A stretch of DNA of 55,441 nucleotides from positions 1 to 55,441 of IMG/VR virus record IMGVR_UViG_3300032327_000488, one strand, 5' to 3'. Within the stretch, counting starts at the first letter, position 1; each line of letters starts with the position of its first letter. The stretch comes from a virus. Taxonomy: Duplodnaviria; Caudoviricetes. A program made the translations under genes and the position numbers. The notes beneath the pieces were generated by a model. The model ran no database searches. It had not been told where the DNA came from and was given only the letters and a program-made list of their open reading frames with translations. This document shows positions 27,101 to 36,345 of this stretch, one piece after another.

Positions 27101-29484
27101 CCCTGAAAGCCAGAAAAGTTAGGCATATTGCTGTACGTATCTCCAGCAGCGCCGACAGCGTCGCCAATAACTCCGTCAGGGTTTTTTAAGCCGTCTTTCA
27201 GGAGACGCAAAACTTCGTCAACAGTCGTGCCAGGACTTTGAAACTTTGAATCAGTAGCAATCTGATTCGTCACATCCATACCAACGCGAGCAATAGCCTC
27301 AGGAGCCGCGTTCGGACCAAGCATCAACTGAGCTTGCGTCGCAATACTTTTAGCGTCAGTAGAATTAGCAGTAAAAGCACGTGTGTAGCCAGGAGACGCC
27401 GCGTTTTCACGCTCCGCAGCCGTCATCTCAAACGCATCTTTAAGAGTCTTATTACCAGTTTGAATCTCTTTAGTCGTCTTCGTTAACGCCTCACTAAAAG
27501 TAACCAGACCTTTGCTTGTCAGGTCAGCCGCAGCAGCAAACTCGTTAAACTTCCCATACGCATCTTTAGAAGCGTCCAAACCAGTGTTGATACGGTCCGT
27601 GGACTGGTTACCTTGATCGTTTAAGTAACTTGCGCCAGCAAGAGCGCCACCAATAAGCGCCATCTGACCAAGACCACCAAGCCCACCAGGGAACTTACTA
27701 GCAGCAGCGCCGCCCACAGCCAAACCAGCTTTTGCAGTTGCCTGAGCCGTCAAAAGACTAGCTCTCGTAACAGCTTTTGCAAACTGCATCGTCGAACCCT
27801 CAGCAGTCAAAAACGCTTTAGACGCAGACGCTGTCGTTGTCGTAAGATTCGCAACCGCAGTCTTAAAATTAAGCGCAGACGCATCTGCCTTAAACTGCGT
27901 GCCAACACCAGTCATACCAGCACGGAAAGCCTGACCAGCGGTAGACGTAGGCGAAGACTGACCCATCGCATTAGAAATAGACGATGACTGAACATTTGTC
28001 GCCGTCGTCGCCGAGTTCATTACACCGCGAAAAGTTGTCTTAGCTATCTGACGCAAACTAGGACGCTTCGGGGCAGGCGGTTTCGTCACGCCCATAAACC
28101 CAGCCGCCTTACCCAAACTACCCGCAACACCGCCAACATTTGAAGTGCCAGTCGCGTTCATTTGGGTAGCGCTATTCATGAAGTTACCGCCAAAGTTTTT
28201 CAACCCGCGGTACGCCATAAGGCCAAGAGCGCCAGTAGACGCCATACCAAACGCGTTCATGCCAAGACCAGCAGCCGTCGACACAACAGGCGCAATCTTC
28301 CCAGCAGTCTGAGCTTGGCTGCTTTCAGCCAACTTCGCCACCCCACCAGCAGCAGCGTTAGCGCCCTCCAAAACCTTACCCAGCCAGTCCAAATACGGCT
28401 TACCCGCAGACGCCACCGTCTGACTCAACGTCTCACCAAGAATCTTCGCCTGCGCATTCACACCGCTCATAGCAGACTCAGCGCCCTTAGCAGTAGACCC
28501 CCCAGAAAACTCCTTAGACGACGACTCCACCACATCACGCAAATTGCCCTGACTCGAAATCGCACGCAAAGAACGAACCGTACGCGTCGAATCAAAACCC
28601 AAACCCTCAAGAGAACGCTGCAACTCAGGCGAATTCTTCTTAATCGCCTCAGTAAACCGAAGCAACACCTCAGTCGGATCCTGCTTAAACATGTCCTTCA
28701 ACGAAGCCGAAGAAACACCCAAAACACTCGCATACTCCTTCAATTCAGGAGTACCATCACGCACCGAACGCTGCATATCCAACAACACCTTGTTGAACGC
28801 GTTAGCGCCCGCATACCCATCCTCACCCAAACGCGCAGCAGCAGCAGACAAACCCATCACAGCCGTCTGCGACATCCCCACGCTTGAGGCAACCGGAGCA
28901 AGAGCCTTTGCAAACGAAAGCGTCCCCTCAACAGAAGCACCAAACTTCTTAGAAACACCCGTTAGCGAATCACCAAACTTCTCCAACGAAGACTCAGAAT
29001 TACCAAACACACGACCCAGTGACAGCAACTCTTTACCCAAAGCAGCGCCATCAACACCGTTCGCCTTACCAAGATTAGCGAACGCCTTACCCAGTTTGGC
29101 AATCGACTCCTCAGCCGTCACACCCGAAGACTGCAACGTCTGAACAATACGAACAGCCTCCCCCATACCCCCAGGGATAGACCGAGCCAACTTCAACGTC
29201 GTATTTTCAAGCTTCTGAAAATTCTGGCCCGTTACAGCAGCCGTCGCCGCAATCCCCGACATTGCCTCCTGATACGCGGCAGCCTGAGCAACAGCAACCT
29301 TATTAGCACCAGTCAACGCAGTCGTACGAGACACCAAAGCCAACGTCACCACATTCAGTCGACCAATCTGGCCAACCAAACCATCAGTAACCTTCGCAGC
29401 CTCCGTCGACTGCTGAATCATTTGACTCAACGAAGCGCCAAGGTTACCCCCAGCATTAAAATCAATAGTGACCTGCTCATTCAT
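24157..29484 (-). CDS. Tape measure protein
   Basis: 1775 aa, Ala-rich and helical; 11-aa D[FY]-periodic repeats; C-terminal IGEAGPEAVIPL motif; follows the tail chaperones. Confidence 0.92.
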   Translation of the reverse strand: MNEQVTIDFNAGGNLGASLSQMIQQSTEAAKVTDGLVGQIGRLNVVTLALVSRTTALTGANKVAVAQAAAYQEAMSGIAATAAVTGQNFQKLENTTLKLARSIPGGMGEAVRIVQTLQSSGVTAEESIAKLGKAFANLGKANGVDGAALGKELLSLGRVFGNSESSLEKFGDSLTGVSKKFGASVEGTLSFAKALAPVASSVGMSQTAVMGLSAAAARLGEDGYAGANAFNKVLLDMQRSVRDGTPELKEYASVLGVSSASLKDMFKQDPTEVLLRFTEAIKKNSPELQRSLEGLGFDSTRTVRSLRAISSQGNLRDVVESSSKEFSGGSTAKGAESAMSGVNAQAKILGETLSQTVASAGKPYLDWLGKVLEGANAAAGGVAKLAESSQAQTAGKIAPVVSTAAGLGMNAFGMASTGALGLMAYRGLKNFGGNFMNSATQMNATGTSNVGGVAGSLGKAAGFMGVTKPPAPKRPSLRQIAKTTFRGVMNSATTATNVQSSSISNAMGQSSPTSTAGQAFRAGMTGVGTQFKADASALNFKTAVANLTTTTASASKAFLTAEGSTMQFAKAVTRASLLTAQATAKAGLAVGGAAASKFPGGLGGLGQMALIGGALAGASYLNDQGNQSTDRINTGLDASKDAYGKFNEFAAAADLTSKGLVTFSEALTKTTKEIQTGNKTLKDAFEMTAAERENAASPGYTRAFTANSTDAKSIATQAQLMLGPNAAPEAIARVGMDVTNQIATDSKFQSPGTTVDEVLRLLKDGLKNPDGVIGDAVGAAGDTYSNMPNFSGFQGAGKMVSDVKDGNFGALGEFIKERMGGEDTVGVQKYGMRATATQGTEDIIAGIQATITRNSVTKSDQYGEGAGTLSQLSDLKKVYDKAAALKPDDKGRQAAQDILGRQLGVDSRDVNFDSKDFGALMRQNKESPLSKAFTALTPQGPGIKPYDLDKPDYFKIASTPEAEKSAQKLQDQFDKITKGITKSGGDLVESLYGVGRAARTGGRASYGASAVATYLKDATPKNLQVAGTSLAQSAVSRSGDVNQGILALQAQRSGESMTSLRRTAINTAIAGLQSTQQVQQSAQTMSQRTGAAMLAGRQAQAQGPYDTQADEQDRQKTIAGEQAAFGERLSFMRAFVQAYKDLNLQLKRSDEDVATNKRRMAQSFNTSKSDAKEDYTLGRARASEDFNTSKKRATDDYNLGVARAEEDNRTSRERAERDFNKNAARSQEEFNKQRLRSIRDFNKSVRRMMEDQAASIYDPYKRIQAQQVWDARSLLTNLKEQNAALLKQTENIAKAKKLGLSQAVIDQLKLSDASNAQQLERILQDAQSDPSVVAGLNGAATQRADATQGLVEQGKDFRHMTEDFQQGLKDSSADFATSQKNARADFATSMRDGAVDFQKSLARGATDFQKSMGRSFTDFVKSMARGETDYKKTLARAKRQYLLTLTQMDEDLKKSRTRAQEDLVRMGDEVGGGVEGVVKQFTNSIAAMPLSIRGKFSENLRTIWSSASGDLKSFLDTYLSPYGLSSDIFSGKSPSDAGGGEHGGNQRGQDNKPTPPAPPPADRGRHAQGVIALGAQEAIIGEAGPEAVIPLNSTGSSFMADTIARLMGPAAGAPSADERRKQLRMEDDFKRMKDQMASDAKRAKEQIERERADAKKKMDAMLKQLEAERKKKSLEKNHHVATADLRKKLGGGSKSKGKKPMLRSVPSGEIHAARTAHYSSPVTNNNTYHYDNRTQFTGNISVKANDPNKMVDELRKKVAHARLVSPGSAAKETSF

Positions 29485-29842
29485 CAGGATCCACCATCAC
29501 AAACGACGCAGAATTCCGGCGAGCCTGGGCCACACGAGCAGGAACCAACACCACCGTCGCCCCCGGAGTCGCAGGAACATCCTCCTGCGCAGCGTCCTTC
29601 ACCAAACACCCGAAACACTGATTCACCGCGGCCTCGTACGCGCCCCGATCCGCCTCCCACTCCCACGAAGACGTCCCGCACATTTGACACCGGCCAGCCG
29701 ACTCGAGCAGATGCGCCGTCAACTTCGCCCTGTCCTCCGCAGACCACGAAAGCAGAGCGGAGTGTGGCATGCCATGATCCGAACACCATGCCACCTCCAT
29801 CGCAAACGTCGGATCGTACCTTAGTCGGCGAACGTGAAAGGG
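29477..29842 (-). CDS. Tail assembly chaperone frameshift extension (gpT-like)
   Basis: The -1 frame is open from slippery CCCTTTC into MEVAWC...; CxxC pairs; sits before the tape measure. Confidence 0.8.
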   Translation of the reverse strand, partial: PFHVRRLRYDPTFAMEVAWCSDHGMPHSALLSWSAEDRAKLTAHLLESAGRCQMCGTSSWEWEADRGAYEAAVNQCFGCLVKDAAQEDVPATPGATVVLVPARVAQARRNSASFVMVDPDE

Positions 29843-30210
29843 ACATCAAGTCCCTTAGCACACAAATTCACACACGCCATAAACAAGTCACGCAACTCAC
29901 CGCGACTCCACTCATTACCATTCCAAATCTGACCAGCCTGCTCCTCAGAAATAACAGGCTCAGACACCACAGCAGCAATAATCGCAGGAGCAAACGTCTC
30001 AGCGTTATACCCCGAACCATCCACCGCCTGCTCCTTCGTCGGAGGATGATCAGCAAGCAGCTTGTCATACGCCGAAGCCGAAATAGCCTGCAACTTCAAC
30101 AGCAACTCAACATCGCCCTTCTCACCCGGGACCGTAATCACAATCTCCTGGCGGCGAGCAGGCTTCGAAAGCAAATCCTCAATAGTTGCGGACCGACGAC
30201 GAGCAGCCAT
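29821..30210 (-). CDS. Tail assembly chaperone (gpG-like)
   Basis: ATG at 30210 with AAGGAG RBS; lies between the major tail and tape measure genes. Confidence 0.85.
   Translation of the reverse strand: MAARRRSATIEDLLSKPARRQEIVITVPGEKGDVELLLKLQAISASAYDKLLADHPPTKEQAVDGSGYNAETFAPAIIAAVVSEPVISEEQAGQIWNGNEWSRGELRDLFMACVNLCAKGLDVPFTFAD
29836..29842 (-). other. -1 ribosomal frameshift site C CCT TTC
   Basis: XXXYYYZ heptamer in frame near the end of the chaperone ORF; the -1 frame joins the next ORF without a stop. Confidence 0.8.
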
Positions 30211-30234
30211 CAAAAACTCCTTGATAGATATGGA

Positions 30235-30267
30235 TAGGGCGTGCAGACGGTATGTCCACACGCCCTA
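30235..30267. terminator. Stem-loop after the major tail gene (attenuator or terminator)
   Basis: TAGGGCGTG...CACGCCCTA inverted repeat; no clear U-tract. Confidence 0.4.
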
Positions 30268-30316
30268 CCATACTAGATCAAACCATTGAACAATGACCCA
30301 AAACGCTGAGTCACGA

Positions 30317-31360
30317 TCAGACAGTAACCGGACCAACAACAGCACGAGCACCCGAAGTACCAGCAGCGTTCACAGCCTCAACCGCGAAGTAGTACGCCTG
30401 ACCAGTAGTAAGACCAGACGAGATACGAGCAGTCGTACCGGAAACAGTGACACTCGAAGTCAGTGCAGTGCTACCAAACACGATCGTTCCAGAAACAGCA
30501 CTCGCGTTAGCAACCGACAAAGTCACCGTCAGAGCAGGGCTAGTACCTGAAATTGCAGTAACCACAGCGTTAGTACCAATACCAGTACCCGAAACAATCT
30601 GACCAACCGCAATCGTTCCCGAAGCGATAGCCGAAGTCAGGATCGTAGACTGGCCCGAAGTACCCGTCGCAGTTGCCGAAGCACCCGAAGCGACCTGCGC
30701 AGCAGCACCACCAGCAGTGGTCTGGTAAACCTTGTACGGCGTAGTCGCATTGAGCCCACCAGCTCCAAGGAACGCAGGAGCAGTCCAGTCCAGAATCGCA
30801 ATACCGTTGGCTTCCTTGTAAGCGTTACCAAGAAGAATCAGCGACGGAACACCAGCGACCGAAACAACGCCAGCGTTCTCAACAGGCACGTCAAGAGCAC
30901 CCATCACGTCAAAAGTCTGAACAGTGTTCGACGTCATCGCAGACGCCTTACGCTGCGCCACAGTAATCGGCCAAACCTCAACCGTTTGACCAGCAGCAGG
31001 CGACTTATCCGCGTTAGTGCCACCAAAACGAGAAATCAGGAAATACCCGATAGTTCCCTTCGACATGGCATTCCACGCAGTATCGGCAGTGTTATCGCGG
31101 TAGAACGTAGCCGAAAGAGTACCCTGAGTGGTACCAATAATCTGACGTTCAAACAGTGAATCCAAAGCAGGAGTCGGAATCATGTTACCGGCCTGCGACG
31201 CGTCAATCTGCACCACAAACGGAGTAATGTTCGTCGCCGCAGCAAGCTCAGTGGAAGTAACAGACACACTGTTAGCATTAATGTTCGCCGCAGTATAACC
31301 CGCGGGCGCAACCGTAGTGAACCCAATGTACGAGTTCTGGTTCGGAATGATCTTAGGCAT
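30317..31360 (-). CDS. Major tail (tube) protein with a C-terminal FN3 domain
   Basis: GGAGG RBS; tube-like N-domain; LDWTAP...Y.VY...GLTTGQAYYFAVEAVNAAG FN3 signature. Confidence 0.85.
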   Translation of the reverse strand: MPKIIPNQNSYIGFTTVAPAGYTAANINANSVSVTSTELAAATNITPFVVQIDASQAGNMIPTPALDSLFERQIIGTTQGTLSATFYRDNTADTAWNAMSKGTIGYFLISRFGGTNADKSPAAGQTVEVWPITVAQRKASAMTSNTVQTFDVMGALDVPVENAGVVSVAGVPSLILLGNAYKEANGIAILDWTAPAFLGAGGLNATTPYKVYQTTAGGAAAQVASGASATATGTSGQSTILTSAIASGTIAVGQIVSGTGIGTNAVVTAISGTSPALTVTLSVANASAVSGTIVFGSTALTSSVTVSGTTARISSGLTTGQAYYFAVEAVNAAGTSGARAVVGPVTV

Positions 31361-31418
31361 TTATCCTCCTGTAGAAACCTGTCCTACCAAGAATGGTAGA
31401 CCCAACAAAGCGGCGCGT

Positions 31419-31877
31419 CTAGGAAGACAACACCAAAGAAAACGAATCAAACACTTGCCAAAATGGAGGCTCCGTCGCATCAACACGAGACGTCGGACCC
31501 AAACCACCCCACTGCAACCCAATCACCGAAAAAGAACCCACCGACTTCGGAACAAACCCCGCAATAGCCAGCCGAGACAAATTCGCCATCCAGTCACACT
31601 GCTTCCTCGAACCACCAAAAGACCGCAACGAAAACGAAGCATTCCAATCAGGATCAAACGAAGACAAATTCTGATACACAGGCGACACGCCAGCAGACGC
31701 AACCACCGCATACGGACGAAACACGCCCTGGCCTGGCTGACCCTCCAACCAGCCACCACCAGCAGGAGCAACACCATCACCAACAAGAGGCCGCGGCGTA
31801 GACACAACCAAAGACGCGATCCTTGCCGTCACATGCGACAACAACGAATCAGTCAACAAACCAACATCAAGAACCAT
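31419..31877 (-). CDS. Tail terminator-like protein
   Basis: Position before the major tail gene; VGDGVAP...PYAVV pattern. Confidence 0.7.
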   Translation of the reverse strand: MVLDVGLLTDSLLSHVTARIASLVVSTPRPLVGDGVAPAGGGWLEGQPGQGVFRPYAVVASAGVSPVYQNLSSFDPDWNASFSLRSFGGSRKQCDWMANLSRLAIAGFVPKSVGSFSVIGLQWGGLGPTSRVDATEPPFWQVFDSFSLVLSS

Positions 31878-32145
31878 TAGCTACATTCCTTGCAGCCTTC
31901 ACGCCCTCATCCTCAAGACGAAACTTCACCTTCTCGCCAGCCTTCAACGCACCAAAACCCGACAAAGAAACAGTCACACCCGCAGGCTGACGCGTAATAC
32001 CCACACTCACCGTAGACGGCAACGCCTTAAACACCGCAGCAGTCGCAACCGTCTCCATCTGCTGACGGTACACACCCTCACGCGAAGCCACACGACGCAA
32101 AATAGACGAAACTTCACCCATACCAGCCACCACTACACCGCCCAC
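31867..32145 (-). CDS. Neck/tail completion protein (putative)
   Basis: Synteny only. Confidence 0.5.
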   Translation of the reverse strand: MGGVVVAGMGEVSSILRRVASREGVYRQQMETVATAAVFKALPSTVSVGITRQPAGVTVSLSGFGALKAGEKVKFRLEDEGVKAARNVANGS

Positions 32146-32648
32146 TCAGCAGGAACATCCGAAGGCGAAGCACCATCAGACCGGACACGAACCTGCGTAT
32201 CCGTCCACCCAGCATAACGAGCCACACCCACAATTTGCAGACGCCGCGACGGAACCAACACCCCAGAAACCTCAACATCAACAATACGAAACAAACGACC
32301 CGTCAACAAAGGATCATTCGACGCATCAACACGCAACAAATCATTAATCTGCGGCTCAACCGGAACAGAATCAACCTCAACCGGAATAATCGCCACACCC
32401 GAAGAAAAAAACTGCACCTCATCACCCACCGTGTACGTCACAGGCCCAGTCGCATTACCCAACTCAGCACGCCCCGAATAGACAACAGTTCCACCAGCAG
32501 AATCCAACTCACCCACACTCGACAACGCGAGACCCGCAACAGAAGGCTTACGAGTAATCGTCACAGCAGAACCCATATTGCCCTCAGAGTTCGCTTGAGC
32601 AATAGCCTTCGCGGACTGCAACGCCCGCAACGCCACATTACTACTCAC
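32133..32648 (-). CDS. Head-to-tail stopper-like protein
   Basis: VTITR...VVYSGRA...DPLLTGRLFRIVDV pattern; synteny. Confidence 0.7.
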   Translation of the reverse strand: MSSNVALRALQSAKAIAQANSEGNMGSAVTITRKPSVAGLALSSVGELDSAGGTVVYSGRAELGNATGPVTYTVGDEVQFFSSGVAIIPVEVDSVPVEPQINDLLRVDASNDPLLTGRLFRIVDVEVSGVLVPSRRLQIVGVARYAGWTDTQVRVRSDGASPSDVPAEWAV

Positions 32649-33115
32649 CGGTAACCAGTCTCCTCGTACGGAGAAACTAACCCATGTTCGCTACCATAAT
32701 TTTGAGCACCGGCCCAACGATTATCGTGAAAACCCACACCAAACGACAACGGCAAAATAGTGAAATCAGGATCCTGGGCCATCACACTCGAAAGATCCGG
32801 AGCCTCCATCGAATACAACGCCTTATACTGCTCACGCAAAGACGAAGCCAAATCATTGTAACGCTGTTGTAACGCACCCTGATCAACACTAACCCCACCA
32901 GAGTTCACATTCACCTGCGTCGCAAACGACGCCGCAATCACCTCAGCAGCAACCGCCGCCGTATACAAAGGCGAACCAAACGCATCAGCCCACTGCGTGA
33001 GAAGAAAATCAATCTCCTCATCCTGCAACAACGGACGAGCCTCATCAGTGTCCTGCACGTAAAAACGCACCTGGTCACGCTCAGAAGACGAAGGATCGCC
33101 GCTATAAGACCACAT
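32645..33115 (-). CDS. Head-to-tail adaptor
   Basis: WSYSGDP...DQVRFYVQDTD...LLQDEEIDFLL motif. Confidence 0.8.
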   Translation of the reverse strand: MWSYSGDPSSSERDQVRFYVQDTDEARPLLQDEEIDFLLTQWADAFGSPLYTAAVAAEVIAASFATQVNVNSGGVSVDQGALQQRYNDLASSLREQYKALYSMEAPDLSSVMAQDPDFTILPLSFGVGFHDNRWAGAQNYGSEHGLVSPYEETGYR

Positions 33116-33178
33116 ACATACAGCCTAACGTCGAAACGACCCCAAACAAACTACCAGCTTAAGCAGCAAGCCTTGAAA

Positions 33179-34006
33179 CTAGTTATCGAAGTTTTGCTGG
33201 GCCTTGTAATTACCCTTACGGTTATTGCGCCTAATGCCATAAAGGTTGCCAGTAGCACTACCAGCAACGCTACCAGCAATAGCACCGCCAATAACGGCAG
33301 CAGGCTTACCGCGGCCAGCAACACGTCCCAAAGTAGAGCCAGCAATATTGCCGGCAAAACTGCCGCCAAGCGTAGGAATATAAACATTACCAAAAGCATC
33401 AAGCTTACGGCCCTTACGACCCGCAACAAGCGGATGAACACTAGGAAAAGCCAAGCCCGTCGCAATACGGCCAGCAGACGGCCTGCCACTAGACGGCCGA
33501 TCTTCCTTCTTCACCTGATAATCAGGATGCTTCACCGCACGCTTACGACCAACATAATCAGCGCGAGTCAACGCGGCATCAAAACCACCGTAAGCACCAG
33601 CCAAAGCACCAAGACCAGCACCCGCCAAAGCGCCACGAGGACCGCCAATGACAAGACCCGCAGCACTACCAAGACCAGCACCAGTACCCGCGCCAACAGC
33701 CGCGTACTTGCCAGCCTTCTCCCGGCGAGCCTGACGAATCTCACGAAGGAGAATCTTCCGATTGTTTTGAGCTCCCTCATGGCCATACATGTCACGGTTC
33801 CACACCACGTGCTTATAAGCGTCAGTCTCGCGAAGACGTTTCTTACTCTCGCTCTTCAAAACCTCATCCGCAAAAGCAGACAACTCACGCAACGACTTCT
33901 CAACACCATACGAAGACACGCGAGCCCCTTTACACGTCTTACATGTACATTCACAGCCCTTATCAGGCTTACCTGGCTTACACCCGCACCCACACGAAGC
34001 GCACAT
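33179..34006 (-). CDS. Metallothionein-like Cys-rich N-terminus plus two cationic glycine-zipper cassettes (putative head cargo)
   Basis: 8 Cys in the first 25 aa; VEK|S and VLK|S motifs; GAGTGAGLGSAAGLVIGG zipper. Confidence 0.7.
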   Translation of the reverse strand: MCASCGCGCKPGKPDKGCECTCKTCKGARVSSYGVEKSLRELSAFADEVLKSESKKRLRETDAYKHVVWNRDMYGHEGAQNNRKILLREIRQARREKAGKYAAVGAGTGAGLGSAAGLVIGGPRGALAGAGLGALAGAYGGFDAALTRADYVGRKRAVKHPDYQVKKEDRPSSGRPSAGRIATGLAFPSVHPLVAGRKGRKLDAFGNVYIPTLGGSFAGNIAGSTLGRVAGRGKPAAVIGGAIAGSVAGSATGNLYGIRRNNRKGNYKAQQNFDN

Positions 34007-34173
34007 CAGGCATCCACCAACTCAACGCGACGAGCTTTCACCCACGACTCCAAACGAAGCCACGAAGCAGCACCCGGAACAACATCACCAGGCTCAAACA
34101 CGCGACCATCAATCACAAGACGCCGTACCGCCCGATACACAGGTTCGCGCACCTTACGAGGACGCCCAGCCAT
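34006..34173 (-). CDS. Small hypothetical protein (55 aa, not in ORF track)
   Basis: MAGRPRKVREPVYRAVRRLVIDGRVFEPGDVVPGAASWLRLESWVKARRVELVDA; coupled at both ends (TAATG, TGATG). Confidence 0.7.
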   Translation of the reverse strand: MAGRPRKVREPVYRAVRRLVIDGRVFEPGDVVPGAASWLRLESWVKARRVELVDA

Positions 34174-34664
34174 TACGTAGTTGTCGCAGTCGTAGACGTC
34201 GTATCAAAGTTGCTAGACGTCACAGTAATCGTAAACGTACTAGCCGTAGCGTATGTACGAGTAGCAGTCCGACCACGCACCGAAGACGAAGACGAATCGC
34301 CCCAGTTGATAGAGAACGGTGCCTCACCACCAACAAGAGTGATCGTCACCTTCTTCGTGAGCGTCCCATCAACCACAGCAGACACAGTGAAGTCATTAGT
34401 CGTACCGCGAGCCAAAATCACGCGACTCTTAGCACCAATAAACACCGGCGTCGGGCGACGCTTACCCTTACGAACACCACCCGACGACGACGTGTTACGA
34501 CCAAAAACGTCAGGAGTCGCATACAACACATTCTTGCTAATCAGCGCATCCAACTTACGAAGCGCAGCAATATCAGCCGCCGAAATCGTCGCATCCTTAG
34601 CATATGACGTGCCACGGAGAACAATCGCCTTAGCGGCCTTAATAGTCGCAGGAATGGTATGCAC
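34173..34664 (-). CDS. Capsid-associated protein with a C-terminal PKD/Ig-like domain
   Basis: FSINWGDSS...TRTYATASTFTITVT PKD signature; directly after the major capsid gene. Confidence 0.7.
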   Translation of the reverse strand: MHTIPATIKAAKAIVLRGTSYAKDATISAADIAALRKLDALISKNVLYATPDVFGRNTSSSGGVRKGKRRPTPVFIGAKSRVILARGTTNDFTVSAVVDGTLTKKVTITLVGGEAPFSINWGDSSSSSVRGRTATRTYATASTFTITVTSSNFDTTSTTATTT

Positions 34665-34673
34665 AACTACCCC

Positions 34674-35891
34674 TTACGCAACAGCGCTGCTAAGGAAATA
34701 CCCCAAGTCCGGAGCAACAACCTTCATGTCATAAGTCATTTCAGCCTCAATACGGTCCGAAGCAATGTTCTCCATACGGAACCGCTTCACCTTGATGCCC
34801 TGACCGTTACCACCAAGATATCCGTTCCACGTAAACGTATAACCGGCAGAAGGAGTCATCAGCGACGGACCCGAAGGAGCATACGCAAACAGCACAGACT
34901 TCGAGTTCGAAATGAAATCGAAACCGACAGTACCAAACGTCAACGTACCCGAAGAAATCGCAGCCGAAGTGTTAGCCGACAGAGTAACCGAAGTACCCGA
35001 AACGGCAGCAACGGTAGTACCCGCGGCAACACCAGTACCCGAAACCGGAGTACCAACAATGATACGAGTATCAGCAGCACCAAGAGTCACCGCAGTAGAA
35101 CCCGAAGACGCCGAACCAACCGCAGTAAACACAGTGTTCACAGAAGCCTGAACACCAGCATCCGGGAACTGAGCAGGCGAACCGAAATCAGTAGCACCAG
35201 ACACACCCGCAGCAGTCGCATACGACGTGTACAGTTCATCCACATCAAACAGAGTCGCAATCAGATCCTCCGTAACAATACCCTTCTGGGTGTACTTGAT
35301 ACGGTCAATAATGTCCGGGTGCTGCTTCAAACCCTTCATAACATCCGCGCCAAGAACGCAAATGTTCGGCTTAAAACCAGTCAACTTACGAAACGCCACA
35401 ACAATGTCAGCAACATCGCTAATCGGATCCGAACCAGCGTCAGACCACTTCACAAAGTCAGTGGTACCAACCTTGTCAGTAGCCCAGACGCCAGTCTTGA
35501 AATAAGCAGCGTTCCAGTCAATATCACGCTGAAGCAGCAACTGGTTCGTAATGAACTCAGTAGCATCCCGATCAAGGTTGAAGTTCGAATCAGCGTTCGC
35601 GCGCAACTGGTCATCAATATCCTTGTGGATACCGTACACATGCGCGAAATACTGATCCGTGGTCAGGTTCCAACCAGAACCCGGAGTCTCAGTACCAGGA
35701 GCACGACGCTTAGCGTCAGTACGACGCCAATCCGCCTTGCTGTACTTCCAGTACAGATCAGACTGCTTAGAAACAGGGACCTTGGGGAAAACCTTATCCG
35801 CAAGGTAGGTCGATGCCGACTGAAGATACGCAATGCTGACGTTAGTTAACGGAGCATTGACGTGAAGGTCGGACTGAGCGGGACTGGGCAT
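34674..35891 (-). CDS. Major capsid protein (lambda gpE-like HK97 fold) with a ~70-aa beta-rich insertion
   Basis: LTNVSIAY...ADKVFPKVPV..QSD.Y; WSD.GSDPI.D; LKQHPDII; C-terminal VAPDLGYFL. Confidence 0.9.
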   Translation of the reverse strand: MPSPAQSDLHVNAPLTNVSIAYLQSASTYLADKVFPKVPVSKQSDLYWKYSKADWRRTDAKRRAPGTETPGSGWNLTTDQYFAHVYGIHKDIDDQLRANADSNFNLDRDATEFITNQLLLQRDIDWNAAYFKTGVWATDKVGTTDFVKWSDAGSDPISDVADIVVAFRKLTGFKPNICVLGADVMKGLKQHPDIIDRIKYTQKGIVTEDLIATLFDVDELYTSYATAAGVSGATDFGSPAQFPDAGVQASVNTVFTAVGSASSGSTAVTLGAADTRIIVGTPVSGTGVAAGTTVAAVSGTSVTLSANTSAAISSGTLTFGTVGFDFISNSKSVLFAYAPSGPSLMTPSAGYTFTWNGYLGGNGQGIKVKRFRMENIASDRIEAEMTYDMKVVAPDLGYFLSSAVA

Positions 35892-35920
35892 ATTAGGATC
35901 CTTCTCTTCTCAGCCCTAGG

Positions 35921-36337
35921 CTACTTCAACAGAACGCTGATCAGTTCGCCCGTAGTGGACGAAGACTGAAGCGCAATACCATAAACTTGCTCCGTACCAG
36001 ACTGTGCAATCGCGCGACCAACAGAATCACAGGTCACAGCAGCACCCGCGGTAATCGCCGTAGCGCCACCACCAGACTCAACATAAGAAATACCGCGAAT
36101 AGCGACAGACGCAGCACCACCAACTTGCTGCGGCTTATTCTGCAACACGCCAACAGAACGATCCGACGCCTTCGTAGTGCAAAGACCAACCGTGTACTTA
36201 CCAGTCACCTTCACAAAACGGTACATACGACCGTTGTTCGGCGAAGCCGCACCAGTCTGACCAGGAACACCAGTAAAAATACCGATGCTCGAGTCAGCCG
36301 CGAAACTCGCAGAATGAAAATTCTCGTCGAAAGCCAT
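35921..36337 (-). CDS. Capsid decoration/cement protein (DUF2190-like)
   Basis: YRFVKV...GVLQNKP...ITAGAAVTCDSVGRAI...GIAL...GELISVLL. Confidence 0.8.
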   Translation of the reverse strand: MAFDENFHSASFAADSSIGIFTGVPGQTGAASPNNGRMYRFVKVTGKYTVGLCTTKASDRSVGVLQNKPQQVGGAASVAIRGISYVESGGGATAITAGAAVTCDSVGRAIAQSGTEQVYGIALQSSSTTGELISVLLK

Positions 36338-36345
36338 CTCTTACG

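Noticed and set aside
24157-29484. xxK-A/S motifs in the tape measure (LGKA, FAKA, LSKA, FVKS) as protease sites
   Set aside because: They do not coincide with visible module boundaries and are expected by chance in an Ala/Lys-rich helix; kept only as a caveat for the main finding
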